From positions 124,001-188,000 of the forward strand of contig MCFE01000058.1 of the NCBI GenBank assembly GCA_002104905.1: a stretch of DNA of 64,000 nt, read 5' to 3'. Of the stretch, positions 1 to 11,373 are shown one piece after another (the first letter of the stretch is position 1; each line of letters begins with the position of its first letter). The position numbers and the translations under genes were made by a program. The DNA comes from Basidiobolus meristosporus CBS 931.73 (Eukaryota > Fungi > Basidiobolomycota). The notes under the pieces are model-generated. The model saw nothing but the letters and a program-made list of their open reading frames with translations, was not told the origin of the DNA and did no database searches.

Positions 1-38
1 TCCCAATCACTTCCAATATCTCCAAGACTCTTACAACA
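1..38 (+). mobile_element. 3' end of a Copia-family LTR cut by the window edge
   Basis: tcccaatcacttccaatatctccaagactcttacaaca matches the last 38 nt of the LTR at 1510-1858. Confidence 0.9.
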
Positions 39-1066
39 AATATGTGTAATTGTTGCCACTTCTGCCATGAATACCCCATGAATATCCGTAAAGAACATCT
101 TGGTATTTAGCCAATATATTCCTTCTCCCTGCTGGATTCTAGTCCTCCTAATAGGTGCACTCTGGCTCTTACTTGTGTGAATTCTATATTGTATGGTGTA
201 AAAGCTGGCTTGCAGCCAAGAGAAACCTAGCATACTGTTGTTAAGTCTTCTTAATAAAAATTGGCTGCTTGTTGCATCCAGCCCAACTTTGCACCACATA
301 AATAATTATGCATGCATTGGAGCTGCTTAGCCTCTTAATGTCATAGGCATAGGTGTCTCCATTTGCTCATTTGTCCTATTATTCTCCAGCTCTTCCTTGT
401 TGTCCTACATGTGACAAATCATCACATCCATGATGGACTTGAAGGTAATGATGTTGATAAGATTGGGATACTGTAGGACATGCAACTTGACTTGTCTTTC
501 TATCTCCCAACACATCTGCTCCATGGGAAGCTCACAAAAAGTAAAGCAAGGCTCAATATTTTTCACACATCAAGCAAGATGGCAAGGAGAATGGAAACAT
601 TAGCACTAGAGATCTACCTGTGCAGCTTTATACTTGTAGTATAGCCAATCAAATCCTGTCCAAATTCTTTGCACAAAAGCTGTAGATGTGGCAAATTGGC
701 AGCTGTCATCTGCTTCTGGATCAATATTGCATGTCTACATATGACTTCCAATGCTTCTAATATATTCTAGGTATAAACTGTTTCAGAAGGCCACTTGATT
801 AAATACCTTGCCAGTCCATCCAGTCCATACATCTGTATTGTTGCATATGCATATGAATACTGATTAAAGTCTATGAGAAGTACATTGAGTAACATATACT
901 CTGTGATATTCTACCAACTCTTTCAGGTTACTCTGGCTTCTCAAAGGGTTCATTTAGCTTTAATTGCCCTATGTACAACTTGGTCAGCATTATAGCAGTA
1001 TTATTGAAAGGAAATGCATTGCTCCCAGTGAAAAGCTCTTGCCCCAACAGATACCCTCTATCTTAA
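39..1066 (-). pseudogene. C-terminal part of CMC/CACTA-type transposase (copy 1), multiple stops
   Basis: Minus-strand translation gives degenerate W..W...SSGLLKQFIP..Y.KHWKSYV and FH...HLA.CVKNIEP.F.F.ELPMEQ motifs typical of Tnp2-family transposases; reverse complement of 700-1066 aligns with 14740-14811 joined to 22885-23200. Confidence 0.7.
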
Positions 1067-1509
1067 GTGACTCCTACTGAATTCCATCATAACCAAGAAG
1101 AATTATCAATAAGTAAACAGCTGTTTTCACAGGAGTTGGAAGAGCAGCCATTTGAGCTACACTCTAGTGAGGTAGATGAGTTTGCAGAGAAAGGTTATTT
1201 GTCTACCATAGCCTCCATGCGCTTCATTATTGACAGAGTGGAGATTGCACTGACAAATAAAGCAGCAAAACCAAGAACTCAAAAGGTTATCACAATGCCT
1301 TCAGTGGAGCTTTGGAACATTAACAGGCGCTCCAAGAGGTTGAAGCACTTCTTCAAGAAGAGTGCACAAGAAAACTCACTTGAGTATTGTAAGGTCTTAC
1401 TGTATAGACTTGCAGATAAGGTACTAGACCTTGCAGTACCAGCCAATAACCAGGATGTATGGAAACCAGTGAATGAACAGTGGCATATGGCCGTAGGGAT
1501 GGTGCCAAA
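1067..1509 (+). pseudogene. Second (accessory) ORF of CMC element copy 1, interrupted by Copia at 1510; continues at 9616-~9780
   Basis: Protein aligns with minus-strand 11374-11990 (LDLAVPA..QD.W.PVNEQWH); after the Copia TSD the frame continues KSWKNGITAEKYIEWW, matching QSFTAEILIEWW in copy 2. Confidence 0.75.
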
Positions 1510-1858
1510 TGTTGTAAAAATTTGTATTTCCACCTAAATATTCACCTGACTTAGTCACTTAGATCAACACCTTCAAATCCAAGAGAAAACTGACCAAATT
1601 CCTTGTTGGGATTTACTTGGAATATTTTCACCAAAATACCAGGTACCCAGAACATGAAAATTATCAAAGTTGTCCAAACAGCCCCAAACTTTGCACACAT
1701 GCTCTTGGGACCTTCCTTAACCTATTCTACATGTTTGTAATGCCAAGACTAGGTAAAAGTATAAATATCACTTTTACATTCAATAAATCAATGAGTGAAA
1801 ACCACATAATCTACTTGTTCTCCCAATCACTTCCAATATCTCCAAGACTCTTACAACA
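1510..1858 (+). repeat. 5' LTR of Copia-1 (349 bp)
   Basis: TGTTGTAA...TTACAACA inverted ends, followed by PBS. Confidence 0.95.
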
Positions 1859-1889
1859 GGTTATGAGCCCCAAGCTCTCACTCTCTGCA

Positions 1890-4800
1890 ATGTCTACTAC
1901 TGCTATTACTGGAATTTTTCCCTCTGCTGAAAAGTTGGATGGATCAAACTACCAAGTGTGGAAGGTGAAGATGAAGATGCTGCTACAAGAAAGAGGCCTT
2001 TGGGATATTGTCATGGGAGAAGAATGCCCTCCTAAAAATGTGGGAGAGGAAGCCTTAAAGTACTAGCAGAAAGAACAAAGTGCCTTTAGCTGCATTTGCC
2101 TTAATGTTAAAGACAAATTGCTAATTCAATGCTCAAGAGCAAAAACGGCAAAGAATGCCTAGAAGGCATTAGAAGACACCTACCAGTCATGTTTAGCTGC
2201 CAAGAAAATATATCTGCGAGTGAAATTCTTTACTACAAAGATGCAGCCTGGAGAAGAAATGAAAAATCTAATTAACAGAATTACCCTGCTGGTAGATGAG
2301 ATGGAATCTGCAGGCGTACCAACTATTGATGAGGATGTGATAGTTACCATCCTGAATAGCCTGATAGACAAGTTTCAGGGCCTTGTATCAGCCCCAGAGT
2401 CCAGAACTGAAGATTTGACCTTAAATTACGTATATGGAAGGCTCCTGGATGAAGAATCAAGAAAATCAAGTGCCAATAAGAAGGAAGAAGAAAATGCTTT
2501 AATAAGCAATGATAGCCAACAAAGGAGGTACCCAAGAACCTACAAAGGCAACAGCAACCTGTTTTGCAACTACTGCAAAAGGAAAGAATACTCATCAGAC
2601 CGGTGTCTCAAAAACAGAGATTATCAGGAAAAGAAGCCTGAATATGGAAATGCTGCAACAACTGAAAATAAATTATTAATATCTGCACAAAATATGACCA
2701 CAAATGAGAATTCTCAGACATTGTGTATTGACTCTGGAGCTTCTCAACACTTTACACACCAAAAAGAACTTTTTACCCAATATCAAGAAATTCCAATTAA
2801 GAAGGTTTTCATGGGTGACAATAGAACATTTGATGCTGTGGGAGAAGGAACTATCCAAATAAACCTTAGAAGCAGTGAAGGAAGCCATACACTGATCTTT
2901 AAAGAAGTACTCTATGTACCAGAAATAGCCAAGAACCTACTCTCTGTAAGCAAGGCCACAGCAGAAGGACTCAGTTTCAGCTTTGACAATTCTGGATGCA
3001 GGATCACTGATCAAAATGGTGCTCATATTGCTTTGGACATCAGAGATCAGAGTCTATACAAGTTGACTTATATTCTGTCATATTTGGAAGCCAATATAAG
3101 TAACTTAAATGAAGAAACACCAATGCTTTGGCACAGGAGATTTGGATACATCAATTGTGATTATTTGCGCAAAATGATCAAAGATCAGCTAATTTCTGGA
3201 GTGAAAATTGATCTCCCAGCTAATTTGGAGCACTGTGAAGCCTGCATACATGGGAAACAAGCTAGACAGCCGTTCAAGAGCTCTGGGTTAATCAAAACTA
3301 AGAAAAAATTAGATCTAACTCACTCAGATCTGTGTGGACCTATGCAAAATTTTTCCTTAGGTGGGATGAAGTATTTAATCACCATTATTGATGATTATAC
3401 AAGATACACATGGGTCTACTTCATGGAGAGAAAGGAAGAAGCTCAGTCTAGGTTCAGTGAGTTTAAAGCCATGCTGGAGAGAGAAACTGGTGAAAAAATC
3501 AAGAAAATACGCTCTGACAATGGTGGAGAATATACCTCAAAACTCTTCATCCACTTCTGCAAAATTCATGGGACTAAGCAAGAGACTACTGTACCATACT
3601 CCCCACAGCAAAATGGAGTAGTATATCAAGCTAACAGATCAATAATTGATATGGCAAGACCTATGATCCATGATTAAAAATTATCCAATGATTTTTAGGC
3701 GGAATCAGTTGCCACTGCTGTATACCTTAAAAATAGGAGTTATAACAGAATACTTTGTGATTCTACTCCATTTGAAGCATGGTGTGGATACAGACTAAGT
3801 GCAGAACATCTAAGAATATTTGGGTGTACAGCATATGCCAAAAACCTGACCAGAAATCAGTCAAAATTTAAGCCAAAAAGTGTAAAATGCATATTTTGAG
3901 TTACTGCAATGAGAGTAAGGCATACAGACTCTACAATACCAAAGCAAAGTAGCTGATCAAGTCCAGGGATGTGTTGTTTGATGAAAATTTAAAATTTCAC
4001 AAAAAAGGACATCAGATGAGGACAAAATTTGATCTCAAGTCCACCAATTGTCAGGATTGAATCAGAGCAAAATAATGATAATTTCTTCACTGCAGAGGAC
4101 TCTACAACCGTGGTTCAGCTTGGATCAGTGCCCAAAAATATCCCAGAAGTGATCATTCCAGTATCAAATGCCTGGAGATCCAATTGGACATGAAATAGTC
4201 CAAATTCCTATATCAATGAGGGTACAAACTTAGCCTATGCCTATTCAGTCCATATTGATGAGCCCCAGACTGTCAAGGAGGCCCTAAATAGCCCTCAGAT
4301 AAAGTTTGGGAGATCTGCAATGACTGAGGATTTTCAGGCCCTGATGGAAAATCAAACTTGTGACTTAGTCAAATTACCAATCAACCAAAAATCAATTGGA
4401 TGCAGATGGGTCCTCAAAACAAAATACAAGGCTGATGGTACAATTGAAAGATGCAAAGCCAGACTTGTAGCCAAAGGATACTCTCAAACAAAAGGACTTG
4501 ACTATACTGCGACCTTTGCACCAGTAGCCAAGTTTAATTCCAACAGATTAATATTGGCTAGTGCAGCCAAGTATAAGCTTTTTATTCATCAAATGGATGT
4601 AAAAACTTCATTTTTGAATGGAGAACTTGATGAGGACATGTATATGGACCAGCCTGATGGGTTTGCTGACCACAATAACCCCCATTTGGTCTGCAAGCCT
4701 ACAAAGTCACTATATGGTCTCAAACAATCACCTAGAGCCTGGAATTGCAAGGTAGATTCTTATTTGGAATCTTTGAGTTTCAAAAGGAGTAATACTGCCT

Positions 4801-5819
4801 ATAGTATATACTATAAGCCAGATAGAGCAAATCCAGTTCTATTAGCTCTATATGTGGATGATCTTATTGTAGCCACCAATAACCTAGAAACATTTGAAGA
4901 GACTAAATCCAGCCTATCTAAGGAGTTCAAGATGTCCAATCTAAGAGAACATGATTACTACTTAGGGATTAAGTTCTCCATAGACAGAGGTGCCCAGATT
5001 ATCACCCTAAGCCAATCCAAGTATATTCAAGATATACTAAAGAAGTACAAAATGGAAGACTGTAAACTGGCAGCTACCCCAATGGAAACAAACCTTAACT
5101 TGGTTAAAACTCAACCAAATCATAAGAGCTTGGTGCCATCTGAAAGCCCTGACTTTCCTTATCAATTTATGATTAACAGTCTGATGTATATCATACTTGG
5201 AAAACATCCAGATATCTCATATTCAGTGGGAGTTGTCAGCCAACATAATCAGAACTATGGATCTGATAATATTGCAGCAGTTATGCGGATTTTTAGATAC
5301 CTAAAAGGAACTGCTGATATCTGCTTAAGATACACTCATAAGGATTCAGAACAGGATCTTGTGGGATACTCTGATGCTGATTGGGGACAAAATTTGGAAT
5401 ACAGAAGATCCACCACATGATACACCTTTCTTTACTGTAAAGGAGCAATTTCATGGTATTCAAGAAAGCAACCAACTGTAGCACTTTCTTCCACAGAGGC
5501 AGAGTATATGGCAGCCTGTGAAGCTACAAAAGAAGCAATGTGGTTAAGAAAACTCTTTACAGATTTAGGCCTATGTCAAAAAACGCCTATTACTTTATTT
5601 CAAGATAATCAAGTATGTATTCAATTAGGTAGAAATCCAGCTTTTTATGCTAGAACCAAGCACTTAAGTATTAGACATCATTTCACATGTGAAGCTATAG
5701 AGAATAACTTAGTTAGCTTAGTTTACTGTCCTACAGATGAAATGATTGCAGACATATTGACCAAACCATTAGCTAGAGACAAGTTTGAATATCTTAGGTC
5801 AAAATTAGGACTAGTCAGT
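1890..5819 (+). pseudogene. Copia-1 gag-pol with stops and frameshifts; last codons continue at 9241-9255
   Basis: DGSNYQVWKVKMKMLLQERGLWDIV (gag), C..C..K.....C knuckle, IDSGASQH protease, LWHRRFG and HSDLCGP integrase, HQMDVKT/YVDDL RT, EAMWLRK..RTKH RNase H. Confidence 0.95.
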
Positions 5820-6002
5820 AGACTTGTTCCATTGGATAGCGCCACATAGTGCCAGCCGGTTTATAGTGCCGGATTGATCTGGCACTCTACGGAACTATCT
5901 GGCACTATAATTTCTACCATGATGCCAGTGGTATGATACAGTTACTGGTAATTTTACTCAATCTCACTTATGTTGCTCAGAATAGTGCTTTCCTTGCTTT
6001 AT

Positions 6003-6887
6003 TTACTCTTCATAATGCTCCAGACACATTTCTCTCAGTGGATGTCTTCTTGTATGAACATACTGTGCATTGATAAGTATCTTAATTACTTTACCTATTC
6101 TGCTGTTTTCTCCTATATATGACTTTCCTCTGTATTTACCTGCCAATATGCTGAATCTCTTCAGGTATCCAAATGTGTGCTCTACCGTTACTCTGAAATG
6201 ATTAAATATCTCATTGTAGAGCTTCTGCTTCCTGCTAAGCACACCATTCCTTGGCTTCCTATAAGCTGTAATACATCCTAATCTCTGACAATCCTCTCCT
6301 ATATAGGCCAAGTCTGCCATACATTTCTCCCCTCTACTGAATTCAGGATGATTCTCTACCCAGAGTGCTTTGTCATGCCTACTTCCAGCAAATGGCCCAC
6401 TAAACCAGATGATGTTACCCTCAATGTCAGACAGTGCTTGAAACTTCACACAGTGTGCCTTGTACTTGCCAGAATAAAAGTGCCTCTGCCCTCTAGAAGG
6501 TCTGTTAATCCTCACTGGGAAGGTATCCAAAATACTCCTGATATGGAACCTGTTGCTGAACACTCTGGGATATGGAAGTCTATTGGAGCTTCTGAACCTA
6601 GTATGCCAAGCTTGCTCTAAGTCATTCATACCCTCTGCAAGGTGGTTCTCCATTGCTGTCAGCTGGGAATGAAAGCTTCTAGGACTTTTGTTGCCATGGA
6701 TGGTGGGATGAAACCTTGTAGGGCAATAGTTCTTGTAATAGCAGAGAAGCTTAACAAGGGATCTCCTTGAGTAGATTGGGGTTGATGGTCCACAGTACTT
6801 GGAATAGATCTCCTCCTGTGTGTCAAAAGGAAATCCAGTGGTAGTGATGGGATTGATGAGAAAAGATCATTCAGATGAGTAAGTCAT
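6003..6887 (-). pseudogene. DDE_Tnp_4-type (IS5/Harbinger-like) transposase, ~294 codons, TGA at codon 7
   Basis: ILDTFPVRINRP...YSGKYKAH, GPFAGSRHD, ADLAYIG, RVTVEHTFGYLKRF motifs; MTYSSE* where copy 2 has MTYSSEW. Confidence 0.9.
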
Positions 6888-7246
6888 ATTAAAATTGATG
6901 GATGATTGTATGGAGGCGGTTTGAATCGATTTGGCGCAATCTGCGTTATTTATCTGATTTTTAACACATTATGGTTAAATCTCCATCAATTGCCATGTAT
7001 CCCATCATTATGTCGCAAAAATCATCCGCAAACAATGCCTTGGTACTTTTATTGATGCTTTAATCATAGGTCTATAATCAAATAGGAAATCTGCAATTGA
7101 TGTGATCTGATCCGTGTCAACGCAATCCAAGATGCATCATGCATAATATATGGAAAATTCAACAATCACTTTAGTTTTCATATATATTTCATATAAGACC
7201 AGGTTGATGCCAATATACTGCTGTATAAGTATCCAAATCCGTTGCT

Positions 7247-8497
7247 ATGGTCCCCATACCAAGCCTCAACTCATCTTTAGTACAACCCAGACAAAACCCA
7301 TCCCCCAGCTCACAAGCGCGGTCCGGACCGGAAAAGTCGATGTCGGATCCGTTCGAGTTCTCACCAAATGATTTTAGTATGGCCCAAGTGTCTATGATGA
7401 GCCTTCATACAGATATTTGGGCACTACTGATTAATCTAGCAGAACTAGATACCTCAGAGAGTCAACAAAGATGGAAGAATTTGAGTAGAAAGCTGTGGCA
7501 TGAGTTCTACATCAAGATGCCAGCCAATGTATTTAAAAAGATATATAACAAGACAAGTATTGAAATTGAGAATGAGCTGAGAGTGAGGGGATTTGACAAG
7601 GAAGCCGTGCGGGAACGATTTCGTGCGCAATTTGCACAGTACGGGCTGGATGCATCCGTTTGTGCCTCAACTTTGGGAACCAAAGAGATTTTGAATGAGT
7701 TTTTGCCTCAAATGACTAATGTACTACGTGATATATTAGTAGAGCTAAGTGGCTTCCGAGAGCAATATACACAGGACTCATCCAGGCAACAGCTCCAAAG
7801 TATTAGACAGAGGGTAACTGAATACCATGAGGAATCAGATGGTGAGCTTCAGGAGGAAGAATACAGACCGCAAGCAACATTGTCCAGATCGCACCAGCAC
7901 GCCTCGCTGGATTCCCTACCATCTCTTGCAACCACAGCGCGCCGGCGCCCGTCAGTCCAGACCACGCCAACACCCTTTACCAGAACGCCCCGCGTCAAGT
8001 CAACGTGCATTGAGTCAACGCGCGTCAGGTCAACGCGCGCAACTTGCCAAACTGCTCATTTAGACACAAGTCCATTGGAGCGGACCAAGTCGCGTCAACA
8101 TGCGGCATCACATCGAACTCAGCCAAGGGCCATCTCAACGCGTCAAGGCACGCCTGCGCGTGCCGTTTTGCCTGACCATCAGCGAGTTACTTCTGGTGAA
8201 CTGACTGATGATGACCAACATGAAGTGACTCAACCACCGGAGCCCTTGGCAAGTAAAAGAACGAGTCAGCGCGTGGCACTACAGGCCGGTTCAGTTGGTT
8301 CAGTTGGTTCAGTTGGAGCGATTCAGCGCAGCCAAGCTGCAGCATTGCACTCATCAACTAGGAGGCAAAATACTGACTACAAATACACAAGTAGCCAAGA
8401 TGATAGTCAGCCAGGAAGTAGTATAGGTGTGCAAAGTGAGTCACTACCAAATGCTTCAGTAGTAATCCCTGTGAGAAAAAAACCCAGGAGAAGATGA
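7247..8497 (+). CDS. Accessory ORF2 of the Pangu-like element; probable start 7340; N-terminal helical (Myb/SANT/MADF-like?) region plus long S/T/R-rich disordered tail ending in a basic RKKPRRR patch
   Basis: Open 416-codon ORF inside the TIRs, divergent from the transposase; RWKNL motif; homologous pseudogene at 21007-22160. Confidence 0.7.
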   Translation: MVPIPSLNSSLVQPRQNPSPSSQARSGPEKSMSDPFEFSPNDFSMAQVSMMSLHTDIWALLINLAELDTSESQQRWKNLSRKLWHEFYIKMPANVFKKIYNKTSIEIENELRVRGFDKEAVRERFRAQFAQYGLDASVCASTLGTKEILNEFLPQMTNVLRDILVELSGFREQYTQDSSRQQLQSIRQRVTEYHEESDGELQEEEYRPQATLSRSHQHASLDSLPSLATTARRRPSVQTTPTPFTRTPRVKSTCIESTRVRSTRATCQTAHLDTSPLERTKSRQHAASHRTQPRAISTRQGTPARAVLPDHQRVTSGELTDDDQHEVTQPPEPLASKRTSQRVALQAGSVGSVGSVGAIQRSQAAALHSSTRRQNTDYKYTSSQDDSQPGSSIGVQSESLPNASVVIPVRKKPRRR

Positions 8498-9266
8498 TGC
8501 GATCGCTTTGAATCGCTCACATTTGTAATGATCCCGACAACCCTTTTTTTTTGCGATCCAAATCAAGCCATCGCAAATCAGTGATCATCAAATTTTTGAT
8601 ATAAGTAATATCAAGGTTGTCTCACATTTGAGACAGAACCCCTATAAATAAACACCCTGCATATATATACATCATCTGTAATACCAGTGCAGCTATTGGA
8701 TCTGTTTTGCACCTACACAATCGCTTGCGTGCTAGCTATGACACCTTGCCCAATCACTAGGATCAGGGATTTACTTGCTCAATGGGCAAAATGGGATATT
8801 TGATGGCAAATCAGGTAGCTTTTTCAGTAGTCAATGAGCCAATTGGGGGCTGCCAGCTTCAGGATACTTTTGGACCAATTAATCACTGAGATACTGTCCA
8901 ATTGGAGTGAGGGTAACCAGAATGGTAAGTATCAGTGTAGTTTATAGTGTGATACACATTTATTTCCATTTACATTAAAGAAACATATCCAAATACCAGA
9001 TTTTACCTGCCATTATAGCGGTATCCGATTGTGCACGTGATGCAAGCATAACGAGTTGGCGCAATCATCCGCGCCAACCTCATCGTGTCAGATTGTGCCA
9101 TAGTGTGCGAGATCGTCCCGCATAGTGCGAAATCATCCAAGAACGATCCTGCCTTCTGGTAGCTATAATATCGCGCCCAATCATTCTTTGCAACCGCGGA
9201 TCGCGCCGCGCGCCCTGGCACGGTACGATGGAACAAGTCTAGTATGTACATTTAGCTGAGTGGGAG

Positions 9267-9615
9267 TGTTGTAAAAAGATTGTATTTCCACCTAAATATA
9301 CACCTAACTTAGTCACTTAGATCATTACCTTCAAATCCTAGAGAATACTGACCAAATTCCTTGTTGGGATTTACTTGGAATATTTTCACCAAAATACCAG
9401 GTACCCAGAACATGAAATTCTCAAAGTTGTCCAAACAGCCCCAAACTTTGCTCACATGCTCTTGGGACCTTCCTTAACCTATTCTACGTGTTTGTAATGC
9501 CAAGACCAGGTAAAAGTATAAATACCACTTTTACATTCAATAAATCATTAAGTGAAAACCACATAACCTACTTGTTCTCCCAATTACTTCCAATATCTCC
9601 AAGACTCTTACAACA
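9267..9615 (+). repeat. 3' LTR of Copia-1
   Basis: Direct repeat of 1510-1858, preceded by PPT and followed by TSD CCAAA. Confidence 0.95.
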
Positions 9616-10114
9616 CCAAAGTCATGGAAAAATGGCATTACAGCAGAAAAATATATTGAGTGGTGGATTTCAATAGAGTTAATTGTTCAGTGTGGGTTAT
9701 GCTTAATGTTAGTGTAGGGTATAGAAGCTGGTATAGGTCAATACAATTGGCAAATGCGGTACATCTGAAGTTACAACTTACATAAGTCAATTTGTATGCA
9801 TGAAAGTAAGAGAAATGGCTGAGTTGGGAAGTAATGAGTATGAAAAAGAGGCAATAGCCAATCAATGTACACAAGTGTATGAGGTGATTGAGTGTCTGGG
9901 AGCAGAAAGTGAGAGAATTGGCATAGTACAAATCAAAAGCCACTTGGGTATTGTTGTGATGAAGAATTTTGACTACGTTTTTTATGAGATCTGGGGTATT
10001 ATTACATTTTGGCAATCTTTGCACCATGCCCTGACAGCTTAGTACCTCTTGGCCACAGGATTTTAAGCTTGTGATAGCCTTTTGACCACATCATTACAAT
10101 TACTACCCATAGGG
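9616..10114 (+). mobile_element. Remainder and terminus (...CATAGGG) of CMC element copy 1
   Basis: Colinear with the reverse complement of 11334-11570; homology stops exactly at the CCCTA-type end. Confidence 0.65.
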
Positions 10115-11333
10115 TTGAGTATTAGGGAAATGATGATTATTTTCTCACTGCAGAGAACTCTGCAGCTATGATTCAGCCTAAAGCAGTGCCTAAGAGCATC
10201 CTAGAAGTGATTATCTCTGTATTATAAGACATGATATGCAACTGGACCAGACATTGCTCATACTACTATAACAACCTATGTACAAACCCTGCCTATGCCT
10301 ATTCAATCTATGTTCATCAGCCCAGACTGTAAAAGAGGTCTTAAGTAGTCCCTGGATAGAGTATTGGAGATCCGCAATGACTGAAGAGTATCAGGCCCTA
10401 ATGGAATATCAAACTTGATAGTTAATGGAGTTACAAACTAGCCAAAAGTCAATTAGATGTAGATTGGGCTTCAACAAAAGCATAAGGCTAATGGTATAAC
10501 TAAACAATACAAAGCAAGGCTTGTGGCCAAAGGACACTCCTAAAGAAAATGACTTGACTATACTGACACCTTTGCACTGGCAACCAATTTCAATTCCATC
10601 AGATTAATATTTACTATTGCAGCCAAATATAAGGTTTTGGACTGTCAAATGGATGTAAAAGCTGCAATTTGAATGGGAAGCTTGCTAAGGACATGCATAA
10701 GGATCTGCCTGTTGGGTTTGCTGACCAACATAGACCCCATTTGGTTGGCAAGCTTAAAATATATCTATATGGTCTGAAACAATATCTCAGCCTGGAATTG
10801 CAAGAAAAACTCTTATTTGATATCATACAGTTTTCAATGGAGTACAACTAATTAAAGTATCTACCCTAATTCAGATAGAGCAAGCTCAGCTGTATCAGCT
10901 CTATATGTGGCTGATATTATTGTAGCTGCCAATAACCCAGAAACACTGGAAGAGACTAAATCCAGCCTATCTATAGAGCTCAGGATGTCCAATATAGTAG
11001 AGCTCAGTTACTACATAGGGATAAAGGTTCTCATGGACAGATGTACACAGACTATTACCCTAAGTCAATCCTAGTATATTCAAGATATACTTAAGAAGTA
11101 CCAAATGGATGACTCTAAACCAGTAGCTAACTCAATGAAAATAAACCAATATGGTTAAGAAAACCTTAAAGATTTAGGCTATTGTTGAAAAATGCCTATT
11201 ACTTTACTTCATGATGATCACAGATACATATAATAGATAGAAATCCAAATTTCCATGCTAAGGCTAGGCACGTAAATATTAGATAACATTTCATATGTAA
11301 AGCTATAGAGAATAACTTAGTTATCTTTGCTTA
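10115..11333 (+). pseudogene. Heavily degraded Copia RT/RNase H relic flanked by the two CMC termini
   Basis: Nucleotide similarity to 4070-5740 with many stops and deletions. Confidence 0.85.
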
Positions 11334-11373
11334 CCCTATGAAAAACTGTTGGGATGATCCCATCAAAAGGCCA

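Larger units (their letters stand above)
5820..9240. mobile_element. PHIS (PIF/Harbinger-ISL2EU-Spy) superfamily DNA transposon, Pangu-like, copy 1 (3421 bp)
   Basis: 13-bp TIR AGACTTGTTCCAT / ATGGAACAAGTCT; 3-bp TSD AGT (5817-5819, 9241-9243) confirmed against the uninterrupted Copia sequence CTAGTCAGTATG at ~26512; two divergent ORFs. Confidence 0.9.
1510..9615 (+). mobile_element. Complete Ty1/Copia LTR retrotransposon (Copia-1), ~4.68 kb after removing a nested DNA transposon
   Basis: TG..CA LTRs at 1510-1858 and 9267-9615 (roughly 95% identical by hand count), perfect TSD CCAAA (1505-1509, 9616-9620), PBS GGTTATGAGCCC at 1859, PPT AGCTGAGTGGGAG before 9267, gag-PR-IN-RT-RH order. Confidence 0.97.

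Noticed and set aside
6003-6887. Bacterial IS5/ISL2 insertion or horizontal transfer
   Set aside because: The compact transposase resembles IS5-family enzymes, but the TIR/TSD, second ORF and multiple eroded copies fit a resident eukaryotic PHIS element
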